64,000 nucleotides of DNA, from positions 5,787-69,786 of the IMG/VR virus record IMGVR_UViG_3300013947_000036, one strand, 5' to 3'. This DNA is from a virus. Lineage: Duplodnaviria; Caudoviricetes. Made by a program: the position numbers and the translations under genes. Shown piece by piece: positions 1-12,031 of this stretch (the stretch's first letter is position 1; each line of letters starts with the position of its first letter). The notes beneath the pieces were generated by a model. That model did no database searches, had not been told where the DNA came from, and was given only the letters and a program-made list of their open reading frames with translations.

Positions 1-336
1 ATAATATTTAATAGATTTTGAAAAGTTTGAATATACTGTTGTATATATATTTTTATCATCTTTTATTTTTTTACAAAATTTTATAAGATCTGGATGTAGT
101 GTTGTTTCTCCTCCTATAAGATCTAAATGTAAATATTTTTTTCCATTTTTAAAAATAACGTTGTATATAAAATTATATAATTTATCTAAATCTATTTTTT
201 TATGTGTTCTTGGAAAAACATTATAACAATATTCACAATTATAATTACAATCATCTATTATAAATGCTAATAATCTAAAACTATTTTTTTTAGAATAAAA
301 ATCTTCATTATAAATTTCTATTGGATATTTTTTCAT
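1..336 (-). CDS. Radical SAM protein (N-terminal part; runs off the window)
   Basis: ATG at 336; DDCNYNCEYC (CxxxCxxC) and LIGGETTLHP motifs. Confidence 0.8.
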   Translation of the reverse strand, partial: MKKYPIEIYNEDFYSKKNSFRLLAFIIDDCNYNCEYCYNVFPRTHKKIDLDKLYNFIYNVIFKNGKKYLHLDLIGGETTLHPDLIKFCKKIKDDKNIYTTVYSNFSKSIKYY

Positions 337-353
337 ATTAAATATTTAAACTA

Positions 354-790
354 TTAAAAAGTATTAAACAATATATATTGTACCATACTATTTTTATTGT
401 TTAAACTAAAACTTCTAATATTTTTATTCAAAATATCGTCAAGAAGAACTCGATATTTAAGTTTCAAGTTTTTAATTAGACTGAATAGTTTTTTCCAATC
501 ATCGATAGAATTATCAAATGATGTTTGCTTCCATTGCTCATTCATTTGATTCAAACTCCTATCAAATTTTGGATAAAACCATCCTTTTTCAAATTTTTTA
601 AATCCACGTCTTGCTATTTCAATAGATGCAGCAAAATCATATCAGGAGTATTTTCATTTCCATATAAAATATTTCCAATAATTGATGTATAACTTGGATT
701 GATTTCAACGACTTCATATCCATGAAGTTTTGATAACATCTTTAACTTATTTTCAAATAGACATCTATCCCAAGAATTTTTATATAACTT
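354..790 (-). pseudogene. tnpB: C-terminal relic of a TnpB-like (IS200/IS605/IS607 OrfB) gene
   Basis: Translates NSWDRCLFENKLKMLSKLHGYEVVEINPSYTSIIG...PDMI/AASIEIARRG, like a TnpB C-terminus; 1-bp frameshift near 633; no N-terminal half. Confidence 0.65.
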
Positions 791-818
791 TCATATTGAT
801 TTGTATAATATTTTATAT
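647..818. repeat. 172-bp inverted repeat, arm 1 (pairs with 4184-4355)
   Basis: Reverse complement aligns to 4184-4355 with 3 mismatches by eye. Confidence 0.9.
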
Positions 819-841
819 TTGTATTTTAAATATTGAAAATT

Positions 842-1644
842 ATGGAAAATAAATAGCAATTTAGTAATTGGAAACAAAAAATTGAAAATGTAAAAATAAA
901 AAAAAAATAGATTGTTTAAGAATTATAGAATTAAATATATCTAATATTTGTAATATTAAATGTCCATTTTGTCCTCATAGTAATAATTGGAATAATTATA
1001 ATGAAAAATTTATTAATATTAATATAATTGATAATATAGTTTATTAGTTAAATAAAATAAAATTTTCAGGTTATATTTGTATAGCAGGTCATGGTGAACC
1101 TACTCTTCATCCTATGTTTTTAGATATATTAAAAAAATTAAGAAATTTTAATGTTGTTTTAGTTACAAATGGAATTCCTATTTCTTAGAAATAGATACAA
1201 GAAATAAATTTATATTGTCAAATAAAAGTGTCAGTTCATTTTTGGAATTAGATAGATAATTATAAAAATAAATTTAAAAATTCAAATGCTATATTTAGAA
1301 ATCATGATATAATAAATCCATAGATGAATATTTATAATAGAGCTGGAAATATTATTTCAAAAACTGATAAAATAATACATAAATGTAATTATCCATTTTA
1401 TAAAATAATGATAGATTCAGATGGAAAATATAAACGATGTGAAGCAGATTGGAATTCTGAAACAAAAACAAATTATTCTATTTTTAATTGTTCAATATTA
1501 AATTATTTTTGTTATAAATTAACAAATATACGACAATAGATTTTAATAAATAGACAATATTGTAATTTATGTAAAAATTGTAATATTTGTGGTGAATTAA
1601 TTGGAAATAAATTTGTAGATTTTTTAAGAAATGAAAAGAGATAA
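842..1644 (+). pseudogene. Radical SAM/SPASM-type protein with frameshifted 5' end
   Basis: Frame 901-1644 open under TAG=Gln: CNIKCPFC, AGHGEPTLHP, C-terminal CxxCxxCxxC; ATG 842 is out of frame; A9 run at 899-907. Confidence 0.65.
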
Positions 1645-2563
1645 TCCATATAAATATAAAAGTGGTTTATCTATTGCAAATGAACCATCAGATAATCTGA
1701 TATTGACAGTTAATGCTAGACAATATCCAGATATGAATTTTATTTATAATACTTTAATACAAAAATTAAATATACAAAATTATAATATAATAATAGGAAA
1801 TGGAATTGAAAATGTACTTAAAAACGTTTTATTAGGTTTAAAACCTAAACAATTAACTTGGTTTTATCCAACATGGGGTTTTATAGATGTATATTGTAAA
1901 CAATTAAATATTATTACAAATAAATATAAATTTATTTTTAGAAATAATTATTTTTATGAAAAAAATATAAAATCTAATATAGATACTTATTATACAACAT
2001 TTACTATAAATAATTTTTTTAATCATACTATTAATATTAATAATATTAAAAAATCAAAAATATGTATTTTAGATGCATCATATATTAATATTATAAATTG
2101 TTAGCAAAATATTAAAAATTTAATAAATAATATATGTAATAATAAATATTATTGTAAAAATACAATTTTACTTGGTTCATTTGATAAAATATATGGAGCT
2201 GGTTTAAGATTAGGTTTTGCTATTTTTCCAAAAAATTTATCAAAAAAAATACTTTTATAGCGAGAAATATTTATAAATTGTGCTGCAGCACAATTTATAA
2301 ATAATAAAAATTTTTTAGAACCTACTAATTATTTTTATAAAAAAATAAAGTCTTTAAATTTTAATAAAATAAAATTAACATATTTATTTATATGTAAAAA
2401 TTTTATAACTTTATGTTTTAATAAAGAACAAAAATTTTAGATATAGCATAAAAAACAATTAATTAAAAAAATGTATTTATATAGATTTGGAATTCCAAAT
2501 TCAATAATTGAATTTAATAAACTTATAATAGAATTTAATAAAAAACAACTTTTTGTAAATTAA
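1631..2563 (+). CDS. PLP-dependent aminotransferase, class I/II (HisC/CobD-like)
   Basis: TAG readthrough; IIIGNG, LDASY and SFDKIYGAGLRLGFA (PLP-lysine) motifs; ends TAA. Confidence 0.75.
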
Positions 2564-2564
2564 T

Positions 2565-3077
2565 ACAATTACTAAATGCATTAATATTTATTTTTTTTAT
2601 AGTTTTTGGTATATAAATTATTTTTAATGAAATACAATTTTTAAATGCATCTTCCATAATATATTTAGTATTATAAAGATATATATATTTTAATTTTATA
2701 CAATTAAAAAACATTTCCTAATTAACATTTTCACTATTTAATATAATAAATTTTAAATTAAAACAATCACAAAATTTATTATTTAAATAAATTTTATTTT
2801 TTTTTGTTAATTTAATATGTTTTTTAAATATAAAAAAATTTTTCTTACAATATTTATTATCTGCGCAATAATTATATTTAAATATATAAATTAAATTAAA
2901 AATATTAAAAATAAAATTTAAAAATATAAAATTTAAAAATGATTTAAAAGAAAACTAAAAATATTTTTTATAAAGCTAATTTAATATAAACTATTTATTT
3001 ATATTATTATCTTTAAATAATTTTTTAGAGTTAGTTATATTAATTAGTATTTTTCCAAAATTTTTTTTCTTTTTCAT
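2565..3077 (-). pseudogene. Degenerate BspA-type leucine-rich repeat gene
   Basis: IMEDAFKNCISLKIIYIP and FFNCIKLKYIYL repeats; frame broken near 2893. Confidence 0.35.
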
Positions 3078-3092
3078 AATTTTAAATTATAC

Positions 3093-3195
3093 AAAAAAAT
3101 TTAATGAGAAAGATGCTAAATCTTCAGCTTAGTGAACTCTATGTCATGCTGAAGACATAACATCTATCTTACGAATTTTTATGTATAAAGTTCAC
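3093..3195. mobile_element. Nested pair of ~50-bp hairpin mini-elements (copy A 3093-3195 interrupted by copy B 3132-3182, opposite orientation)
   Basis: Removing 3132-3182 restores ATGCTAAA-TCTTCAG-CTTAGTAT-AAAGTTCAC, collinear with the other copies. Confidence 0.75.
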
Positions 3196-3211
3196 AATTT
3201 AAATACAATCT

Positions 3212-4174
3212 TTAATGATTGCTAGCTTCAATATATATTTTTTCTTTTTTTATAAGTGGTAAATTACAACAACCAAATTTAATTGGACATATTATTTTTT
3301 TAAATTTAATACTATTATAATATATATTTCCAATTGGTTTAATATTAGTAGAATATGCTGTTTGTGGACAATTATAAATTTCACCAATAGAATTTATATA
3401 AATTGCATCTATACCAGTATAACAAATATAATGATAAAATGTATTTATATTATTATTATTAATAATATCATCTTCAAAAACTTCATATATCTATTTTAAT
3501 TTATAATTATATATTATATATTTCTAATCATGTTTATTTTTAACATAATTATATAAATAATCATAATATTGTTTTTCTTCTAATGTATATAATTCATTAT
3601 ATGAATTTGAATTATCTATAAGAGAAATATCTAAATTATGCATAGATATATTATTTTTTTGATAAAAATCTAAAAATAATTTAAATAAATTTATATTTTG
3701 ATTTATATATTTATGTTCAAATAATACTATATTAAATATATTTTTAAAATTATGTAACTTTATATATTTATTAAAAAAATTATAAACTGTATTATTTGTA
3801 TTATTAAAATGATATGATATTGTTAATTCAAAATTTTTAAAATTTAACAAATCATTATAATAATTAATTGATTCTGAAAAATTTGTATATATATTAATAA
3901 TATAATTTGGATTTTCTTTTATAAATTTTTTTAAATCTGGATGTAATGTTGGTTCCCCACCTAATAATTGTATAATTATTTTTTTATTTTGTAAATGTTT
4001 AGTATTTTTAATAAAAGTTGTTAATTTATTTAAATTAAGATAATTATTTTTATTTTTTCTATAATTTTTAGTTGAACAATATGCACAGTTATAATTACAT
4101 TTATCAATAATATCTATATATAATAGAAATTTTTCAGTAGAATAAAACCATTTATTTTTTACAATTGAATACAT
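3212..4174 (-). CDS. Radical SAM protein with C-terminal Cys (SPASM/twitch-like) domain
   Basis: CNYNCAYC, LLGGEPTLHP; TAG at 3524 read through to TAA 3212. Confidence 0.8.
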
Positions 4175-4183
4175 TTTTTTAAT

Positions 4184-4355
4184 ATATAAAATATTATACA
4201 AATCAATATGAAAGTTATATAAAAATTCTTAGGATAGATGTCTATTTGAAAATAAGTTAAAGATGTTATCAAAACTTCATGGATATGAAGTCGTTGAAAT
4301 CAATCTAAGTTATACATCAATTATTAGAAATATTTTATATGGAAATGAAAATACT
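4184..4355. repeat. 172-bp inverted repeat, arm 2 (duplicated tnpB fragment)
   Basis: See 647-818. Confidence 0.9.
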
Positions 4356-4356
4356 A

Positions 4357-5295
4357 TTAACACATATAAAACTAATCACGATTATTAATAGTTAAAAAAT
4401 CTAACATTTGTTTATCACATTCAATACAAGATTGAAATTTGCCATTTAATATATCAGTATAATCTAAAATATTATCTTTATCAAATTCAGACTAATTTAC
4501 AAATAAATAATAACATATACAAGGGGTAACCTAACATAAATTATTTATACGTATAAATTTATTTTTATAACAATAACATTGTATATTTTTTATATTTGTT
4601 TCTTTTATTTTTTTTAAAAGTTTTCTATATTTATAACTAAATAATAAATCTGAACATATTTTATTATTTGCAAGAGTTTTATTTATATTAAATCTTTCAT
4701 AAATAGGATCAGTATCAATTATTTTATAATTAGAAAACTATTTTAAAATATTAAATATTTTATTATTATCTTCATTTTTATTATATTCAAATTTAATATA
4801 CTACATAACATCATTATGATTATTATTTTTAAATGCTAATGCATTTTCTAAAATATTATTTAATTTTGATCCAACTCTATATTTTTCATGTATTGCTTGC
4901 GTTGTACCACATATAGTAAATATTATTTTTGAGTTTGAATTAAAATGAGTACTTAATTTTTTCCACCAATTTATATTATGAAGTGTACCATTTGTAAATA
5001 AATTAATCTAAATATTTTTATAATAAAAATAATCTATAAATTTTATAAGCTCTGGATGTAATGTTGGTTCTGATAAATTTCCACCTATATTAATTTCTTC
5101 AATATTTGGATATTCACTTAATTTAATTAATAATTTATTAATATCAATAAATTTTTTTGGTAATTTTTTTATAAAAAATTTAAAATTTTTAAGCTATGAA
5201 ATACATAAAGGACACTTTAAATTACATATATTAGATAATTCAATATCTACAATTTTAATATCAGTTTTATTTAATATAAATTTTTTATTTATCAT
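4357..5295 (-). CDS. Radical SAM protein
   Basis: CNLKCPLC, GGNLSEPTLHP, LFTNG, C-terminal CxxC; open under TAG=Gln. Confidence 0.8.
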
Positions 5296-6034
5296 AATTT
5301 TTATTTTTATAAAGTTTATCTAAAAAACATTTTGGAGTACGAATTATTCCATTTTTATTTTTCCAATTTCCATCAAAATAATGTTCAATATAATTTGGCT
5401 AATTATATTGCTAAATATATTTAAGTTTAAGTTTATAAAAATTTTTTTTATTTATTAAATACTAAATATTTGACCACCATTTATCATTAGTCTAAAGAAG
5501 TTTAATACTATTTTGTATATTTGAATTAGATATTGAACCAAAAAAATAATTATCATCTGCAACATTATTTGAAGCATTATTATTATAATGTCGATTTACT
5601 ATAAAACTACCAAGCTAAAGCAACTAATTATCAAATGGTTTAAGAGGAAATGTATCACAATCAACATATATTCCTCCAAATTCTTGTATTATTCTAAGTC
5701 TATATATATCACTTAAAAGTTGTATAAATCGTATTTCTTTTCCATAAAAAACTTCTTGATGTTGAAGTATATACATATATGTCTTATTCAAAATATTTTT
5801 ATATTTTTCATTCTTGTTAAGAATATCAAAAATTACTTCATTTAACATTTTGTCATATATTGAATTTATTTTTCCATTATATATATCTTCAATATTTTTT
5901 ATTGAAAAATGAATTAATTTAACAATAAAATCAGGATTTGCTTCTTTATATGCATTAATACTAAACTATACATAATTTGGAATATTATCTCCAAACCAAA
6001 TCATAAAAAGTTGTTTTGGAATCATTATTGACAT
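5285..6034 (-). CDS. Glycosyltransferase family 32 (DXD sugar-binding)
   Basis: IPKQLFMIWFG N-terminus, SDIYRL..GGIYVDCD motif; TAG readthrough. Confidence 0.8.
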
Positions 6035-7016
6035 TTAAATATTTAAGTTTATCAGTTTAAATACATTTTCTTTTGGTAATCCAAATTCACATGGACATCC
6101 ATTTGACATACATAATGTTTTTGAAAACTTAAGCATATATAAATTATATATATTTCCAATATTTTTATATAACATATCTGCACATGGAAATATATTTCCA
6201 TTAAAATGAACATAAAAATATGTTAAACCAGCATTACATATCCATTTTTTAAAATTAAATGTAATATCATTTTTTACTTGAATTTCTGACATATTACATA
6301 TACTATTATCATTATAATATACACTTATATGTTTATCACAATCAAAATTATTATACTATAATAAACGTTTATTATATTCATTAAGTTCAATGTTAGTATA
6401 TTTTTCATGTCTTATTTTATTAAATTTAGTTTTATCATAATCATCTATTAAATTACATTCAACATTATTATTAAATATCTTAAATAATCTATCATAAACA
6501 TTTAAACATTCAAAATAATATTTTGTATGTAACATTATATGTATAGAAGCTATAGCAATAGTTTTACTTTTTAATTCTAATATTTTCTTAATAAATAAAT
6601 TAGTTCTATATTGATTTAAATAATGAAATGATATTAAAAAATTTACATTATATTTAGCACATTCTATATAAAAACTAATAGGCTAAGAAAAATTTGTAAA
6701 TGAATATAATGATATATTATCTAATTTATATATTTTTTTTTATAAATGATAAATAATTTTTATGTAATGTTGGCTCACCACCTATAAGAATAATTTTAAA
6801 TTTATAATTAAAATATTTTTTTTTCAAAAATTTTATATATAATAATACTTTATCTAAATTTATTTCTATATTAGTTCTAATATAATTATCCTTCATATTA
6901 TAACAATATTCACATTTATAATTACATTTATCTATACAATGAATACATATTTTTATTACATTTGTATATTCACTTGAATCTATTTTAATTGGATAATGAG
7001 TCTTTTTAAATTCCAT
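6035..7016 (-). pseudogene. Radical SAM/SPASM protein with one frameshift in an A9 run
   Basis: CNYKCEYC, IGGEPTLH; removing one base at 6733-6741 joins it to the CNAG...FPCADM...CPC domain (6035-6292). Confidence 0.7.
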
Positions 7017-7656
7017 TGTAATTATTTTCACAATTTTTAATAATATCTTCAATTTGAATACGTTTTGAATATTGTCCAGCAAAAATAAAATTAAATTTAC
7101 TGTTATTTAAAATCTTATATGCTAATGGAAATAAATCATATGCATATGGAAAAACATATATATTAGTTTTCAATTTAAATTTATTCAAATCAACAATTGC
7201 ATGCTATATATCAATATTAAATGCATGCATTTGTTGAAATTTTGTCAAATTCATATTTTTCAAATCAAGATGCTATGCACCATGACAAGCTAAATAAATA
7301 TTGTCAAATTCAAGAAGTTCTCTAATTTCATCTATTGACATATATGCATTAAATGCATTTTTATCACCATTATGTATTCTATCATGAAACTTTGCACAAT
7401 CAGCTTCATAAATTGGTTTTGCATTGTTTTGTCTAAAAATTCTTGATGAAAATCCTAATACACAATATATATTTTTAGCTTTTAATTCTTTTATTTTTTC
7501 TTTTATAAAATAAAACTATGAATATAAACAATCATCAAAAAATATTAAATCATTGTCATTTAAAAATGACATAATATCTTTAAAAACAAAAGTATGATGA
7601 ATTACAATCATTCTCTTTATGTTTTGAAGAATATAACTAAAACAATATTTCATCAT
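7006..7656 (-). CDS. Polysaccharide deacetylase-like (CE4/NodB) protein
   Basis: FFDDC, ACHGAQH and VFPYA motifs after TAG readthrough. Confidence 0.65.
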
Positions 7657-8492
7657 AGATTCTTGCAAATCCAATCATATAATAATCCTTTATATATTAT
7701 ACTATGTCTAATAAATTTAGATGATGTCAATTCATGAATATAATTTATCCATTTGCTAGCTTCAAGAATTTCGCATTTTTTTCCATTATTTTCAGGAATA
7801 AAAGAAATATCATAATCAATACATGACAAAAAATCATCAATACCATCTTCAAAATTACGTTTAATATCTTTAGGTGATATTATTCTATGTTTAGACTAAA
7901 TTGCTTCAAGCAAATTCTATGGAAAAGTATCTTCAATATTTGAACATCTATAATAAAAATAATGAGAACAACTTTTCCAAAAATCTTTTGAATCATATGT
8001 ATGTCTCCAATTTGGATTAGTAGCTAAATAATTTTCAATACACTATTTGTCACCCATTGTAATTATTGGAACATGTATATTTTTTACAAAATCTATAAAT
8101 GCAATATTAGATTCTACTCTAATATCTCTTGCATAATATCCTATACTTGGAAATTCATTAACTTCAAAATTGCTTTGATATATAGTTGGAAACCAACATT
8201 GATATTTGTCAATATTTTTTCTGTAATATGAATATCCATCTACAAGTTTTTTACCAGGGAAAAAACTTGCATATTCTTTTCTGCACATTACAAAATCATT
8301 TAGTCTATCTAAACATGAATATTTATAAAAATATGGATTCTAAAGTCTCCAAATTCTATTGTCTTTTGGAATCTATTCTATATTTATATCATAAGACTTA
8401 AAAATATCTGGATATGTATTTTCCAGATATTTTACAGTTATTCCAGATCCTATTGAATTCTTTTTAAGCTAATATATTAAATTATATATCAC
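7653..8492 (-). CDS. Hypothetical protein
   Basis: GTG start overlapping the upstream stop; open to TGA 7653 under TAG=Gln. Confidence 0.6.
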
Positions 8493-9190
8493 TTCACCAT
8501 TTTATAATTTTCAAGATTTGAACGATATATATTAAGTTGTTTTTCAACTTCATCTACGGTTGTAGCATTTTCTATATTTTTTCTAGTTTCAGTCAAAAAA
8601 TCTGTAGTATGTTTTAATTGCATCAATTTATCATAACTATTAAGATACTTTTCAAGAGTATTTAAATTGAATTGTGTAGTATCATATTTTTGCTTCTTTT
8701 CAATATATTCTTGCTCTTGTTCAAATGTTGCATTTTCATCTAGTTTTTCAGGTTCTTCACATTCTTGTGAAGCTTCAATTACTTCAAAATATTTATCTTC
8801 TCTATTAGCATCTGTAATGAAATATCCTGCATTCAAAAGTGACACATAATTATTCAAATAATCCATCAAATCAATTACTGAAACTGTAAACAACGCTTGA
8901 TGCATTCGTGCTGAAACTTCATTTATAGCCATTTGTTTACATCTAGCTAAATCATCTAATGCTTCAATGACTAAATCTTTTGGTTGAACTTCTGGATATT
9001 CTAATGTTTTGCATATTGTTATTTTCTTTCCAGCAGCTAATGCTTTTTTACAATCTTCAATTGTCAACAATGTTGCTCTCAATGTACTGCAATCTGGTTC
9101 AACTAGCATTGCATTAGAATATGTAATACCTAATACTTGCCAAAAATTTCCTTGATCTTTAACTAAAAGAAGTTCAAAATTATGATCCAT
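8489..9190 (-). CDS. Hypothetical phage protein
   Basis: 233-aa ORF with no internal TAG. Confidence 0.75.
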   Translation of the reverse strand: MDHNFELLLVKDQGNFWQVLGITYSNAMLVEPDCSTLRATLLTIEDCKKALAAGKKITICKTLEYPEVQPKDLVIEALDDLARCKQMAINEVSARMHQALFTVSVIDLMDYLNNYVSLLNAGYFITDANREDKYFEVIEASQECEEPEKLDENATFEQEQEYIEKKQKYDTTQFNLNTLEKYLNSYDKLMQLKHTTDFLTETRKNIENATTVDEVEKQLNIYRSNLENYKMVK

Positions 9191-9602
9191 TTTTTATTTT
9201 TCCTATTTTTCCAATTTGAAATTTTACATAATCAATATTATCATCTGAAATATGATACTTTTGTTTTAAAATCTGCACTATTGATCTTAATACCTATGAT
9301 ACTTCAGTTTTATTATACATCTATGTAAACATATCAATATATATTATACTTTCAATAATATTGACATGTTTGATTTTATGTAATTTGTCTTTAATATATT
9401 CAGAATAAAGTTTTAAATTTTTATGATTTGCTGGAATTTCAGTTTCTAATGATTTTTTGTATACTTTATCATTGACTATTATCTGCAAATTTTTTGGAGT
9501 ATTGCAATTGTATATGTTAGTATTAACAGGAAAATCACATTTTTCCAAATGTATTTCTTTCAATGATGTACAATTGTTAAATGCTCCAAATTCTATAATC
9601 AT
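9180..9602 (-). CDS. Hypothetical protein with one BspA-type LRR unit
   Basis: IEFGAFNNCTSLKEIHL; TAG readthrough to TAA 9180. Confidence 0.5.
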
Positions 9603-9605
9603 AGA

Positions 9606-10592
9606 TCAATAGTAGTTGCAATTTCCATAACACCAACAAACTGAATATCCATTGCAATCAGAATAACATATGCAATCCTAAATTTCATTATTAGCTACAA
9701 CTTCAAAAACATTTGTTATTAGTTCTGTTTCTATCAAATTAGTTTCATTAGACAATTTATCTGAATGATAAATCCAATGATCATGTTTTCGATTGCCAGT
9801 TTTTTTATCATTACCTTCTGGTTGCATTTTGCCAAGAATATTATTCAATTCTTTAAGTTCTTTTATAATATTACCAGATTGTGCAGTATTTAAACGTTCA
9901 ATACCAGTATTATTATTATTCCAAGCATATTTTGGAGATTTATTTTTTTCTCTAATTCTTTTATTAAGTACATCTACTAACCAATTATAATCACCTATAC
10001 TTATATTATAGTATTTAAGTATAGTATCATGAGATATTTCTATAAATTCTGAATTTAATATATGACCTCTACACTCAGATTGTATTTCTGTTCTACTACC
10101 TTGGTAATATTTTGTATCTTTATATGCTACAGATTCTACTTCTTGTTTAGTATAAGAATATGCATGGTTTTTACAATAAATTATTTCATCATTTGATTTT
10201 GGAACAGGCATAGACCAGTGTTCTGGAAAATCATGTGAATCAATTATAGTTGAAAGTGGACGACGAACACTATTTGTTGACAAAATTGGTTTTCCTTTAT
10301 CATCATATCCAAAATCATCTTCATCATATGAAGTTTTAACAATAGGCACTTTAGATCTAAAAATACATTTATATTCAGTTATATTATTAAATGATGTATT
10401 ATCATCTTCTGGATATACTGTAAATATACAACCTTTTTCTCCATGACATGAAAATCCAACAGCACATAAATCTTCTTCTTTAATTTTTTTATCTGGATTA
10501 TCATGTAACTTATCAAGTAAACTATATCTATAATCATTATAATATTCTGGTAATTTTACCTATTCATTAATATTTGATAAATTAATTGACAT
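9606..10592 (-). CDS. 328-aa protein with C-terminal Cys-rich tail (CICYSDCNGYSVCWCYGNCNYY)
   Basis: ATG 10592; the tail lies beyond TAG 9678; ends TGA 9606. Confidence 0.75.
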
Positions 10593-10594
10593 AA

Positions 10595-11671
10595 TCAAAT
10601 TCCTTGTGTTAAATAAACATAATTCAATAATTTAGAAATATATCCAAACCATTGATAATATTTACATTTATTTTTATTGTTTGATCTACATGATGACCAA
10701 TTTTTGTATATATCTTCATCATCTTTCAACTAAGTGACATGACATGCAGAACAATGTGTAGCGCCACATTTAATGCATTTTTCATCTAGTTCCATATTGA
10801 ATTTTTCAGAAATAACTTCATATAATGAATTTATGTCATTTATATTGTTAGTTATAAACTTTTTTGAATTTGAAAGATATGGACATCCATGACAAATGTA
10901 AATATTTCCATCATTATGCATATGAATACTATTTGCTAATCCACAATTCATTTTTCTGCCATCACTAAACCATTGCCATAATGGTTTATGGTTCTTTTTA
11001 ATGTATTGCAATTCTTTTTTAGCAACTTCTACAACAACTTTTTTCCAAATTTCAAATATTTCAGGTTTTGGAGAAGTTGCAGTATCTAATGTTGGAAAAT
11101 ATGTAACTTTATTGTCAAATCTATTTGCTAATTCTTTATATGAATCCCAAATTTCTGGAAGTTTATCTATCAAATCATATGACAATGTAGCTTTGAATGA
11201 AAACTAAATATCATTATCATATAAATATTGAGCAGTTTCTATTACTTGTTTTCCAGTATTTCCACGCTTCAATGTATGATGTGGTTCACCATCATAAGAC
11301 AATTGAAAATGAAATTTATGTTTATTTTTCTAAAAATAATCTTTAGAAATTAAAGTTTTAAATCTATCAATCAATGTTCCATTTGTATAACAATGATATT
11401 TGACAAAATCATAATCACATGTATTTTCTATGATTTTATCCATAAAATCAGTATTTAAAAATGGCTCTCCACCCCAAAATGACAATATAAATGAACTATA
11501 TTTGTCTTTATCAAAATTTTTGCATGCATCAATTATAAGCTATAATTGTCTATTTTCAATATCTAGATTTCTTGGATTACATGTATGAGAACCTTCAAAA
11601 CAATATGCGCAATTGCAATTGCAATTATTAGTAAGTGTTACTTCAACAAATATATGTGGTTTATTGTCCAT
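10595..11671 (-). CDS. Radical SAM/SPASM-domain enzyme (peptide/protein maturase-like)
   Basis: CNCNCAYCFEG, FWGGEP, YTNG, SYDG; C-terminal CGL...YICHGC...CxxC...CxxC. Confidence 0.85.
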
Positions 11672-11951
11672 TTGATAAATTAGCTGCTGTATTTAAAATA
11701 CTTTTATCTGATGAAATTTCATTTAAAATATTGTTTGAAATATTGTTTGAAATATTATTTTTTGGCTAATTAGCAATTTCTAATGATAATTTTTCAGCTT
11801 CAGACAATGATTCCTATGAAATTTTATGTGTTTCTAAAATAGCTTTAGCTAATTTCAAAAGTGTCAAACTAACTGCTGGCTCATCATTATCTAATAAATC
11901 ACTTGCTTTTTTTAAAAATAAAACACCTACTAAAATATTCGAATCATTCAT
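11661..11951 (-). CDS. Small hypothetical protein
   Basis: ATG to TAA, two internal TAG, overlaps the start of the next gene. Confidence 0.55.
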
Positions 11952-11967
11952 AACTTAAATATTATAC

Positions 11968-12017
11968 ACAAAATTCGCAAGATAGATGCCATGACTTCAG
12001 CATAGCATAAAGTTCAC
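11968..12017 (+). mobile_element. 50-bp hairpin mini-element (copy 2)
   Basis: TTATAC|ACAAAATTCGCAAGATAG ATGCCATG-ACTTCAG-CATAGCAT AAAGTTCAC. Confidence 0.7.
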
Positions 12018-12031
12018 AATTTCAGAAAATT

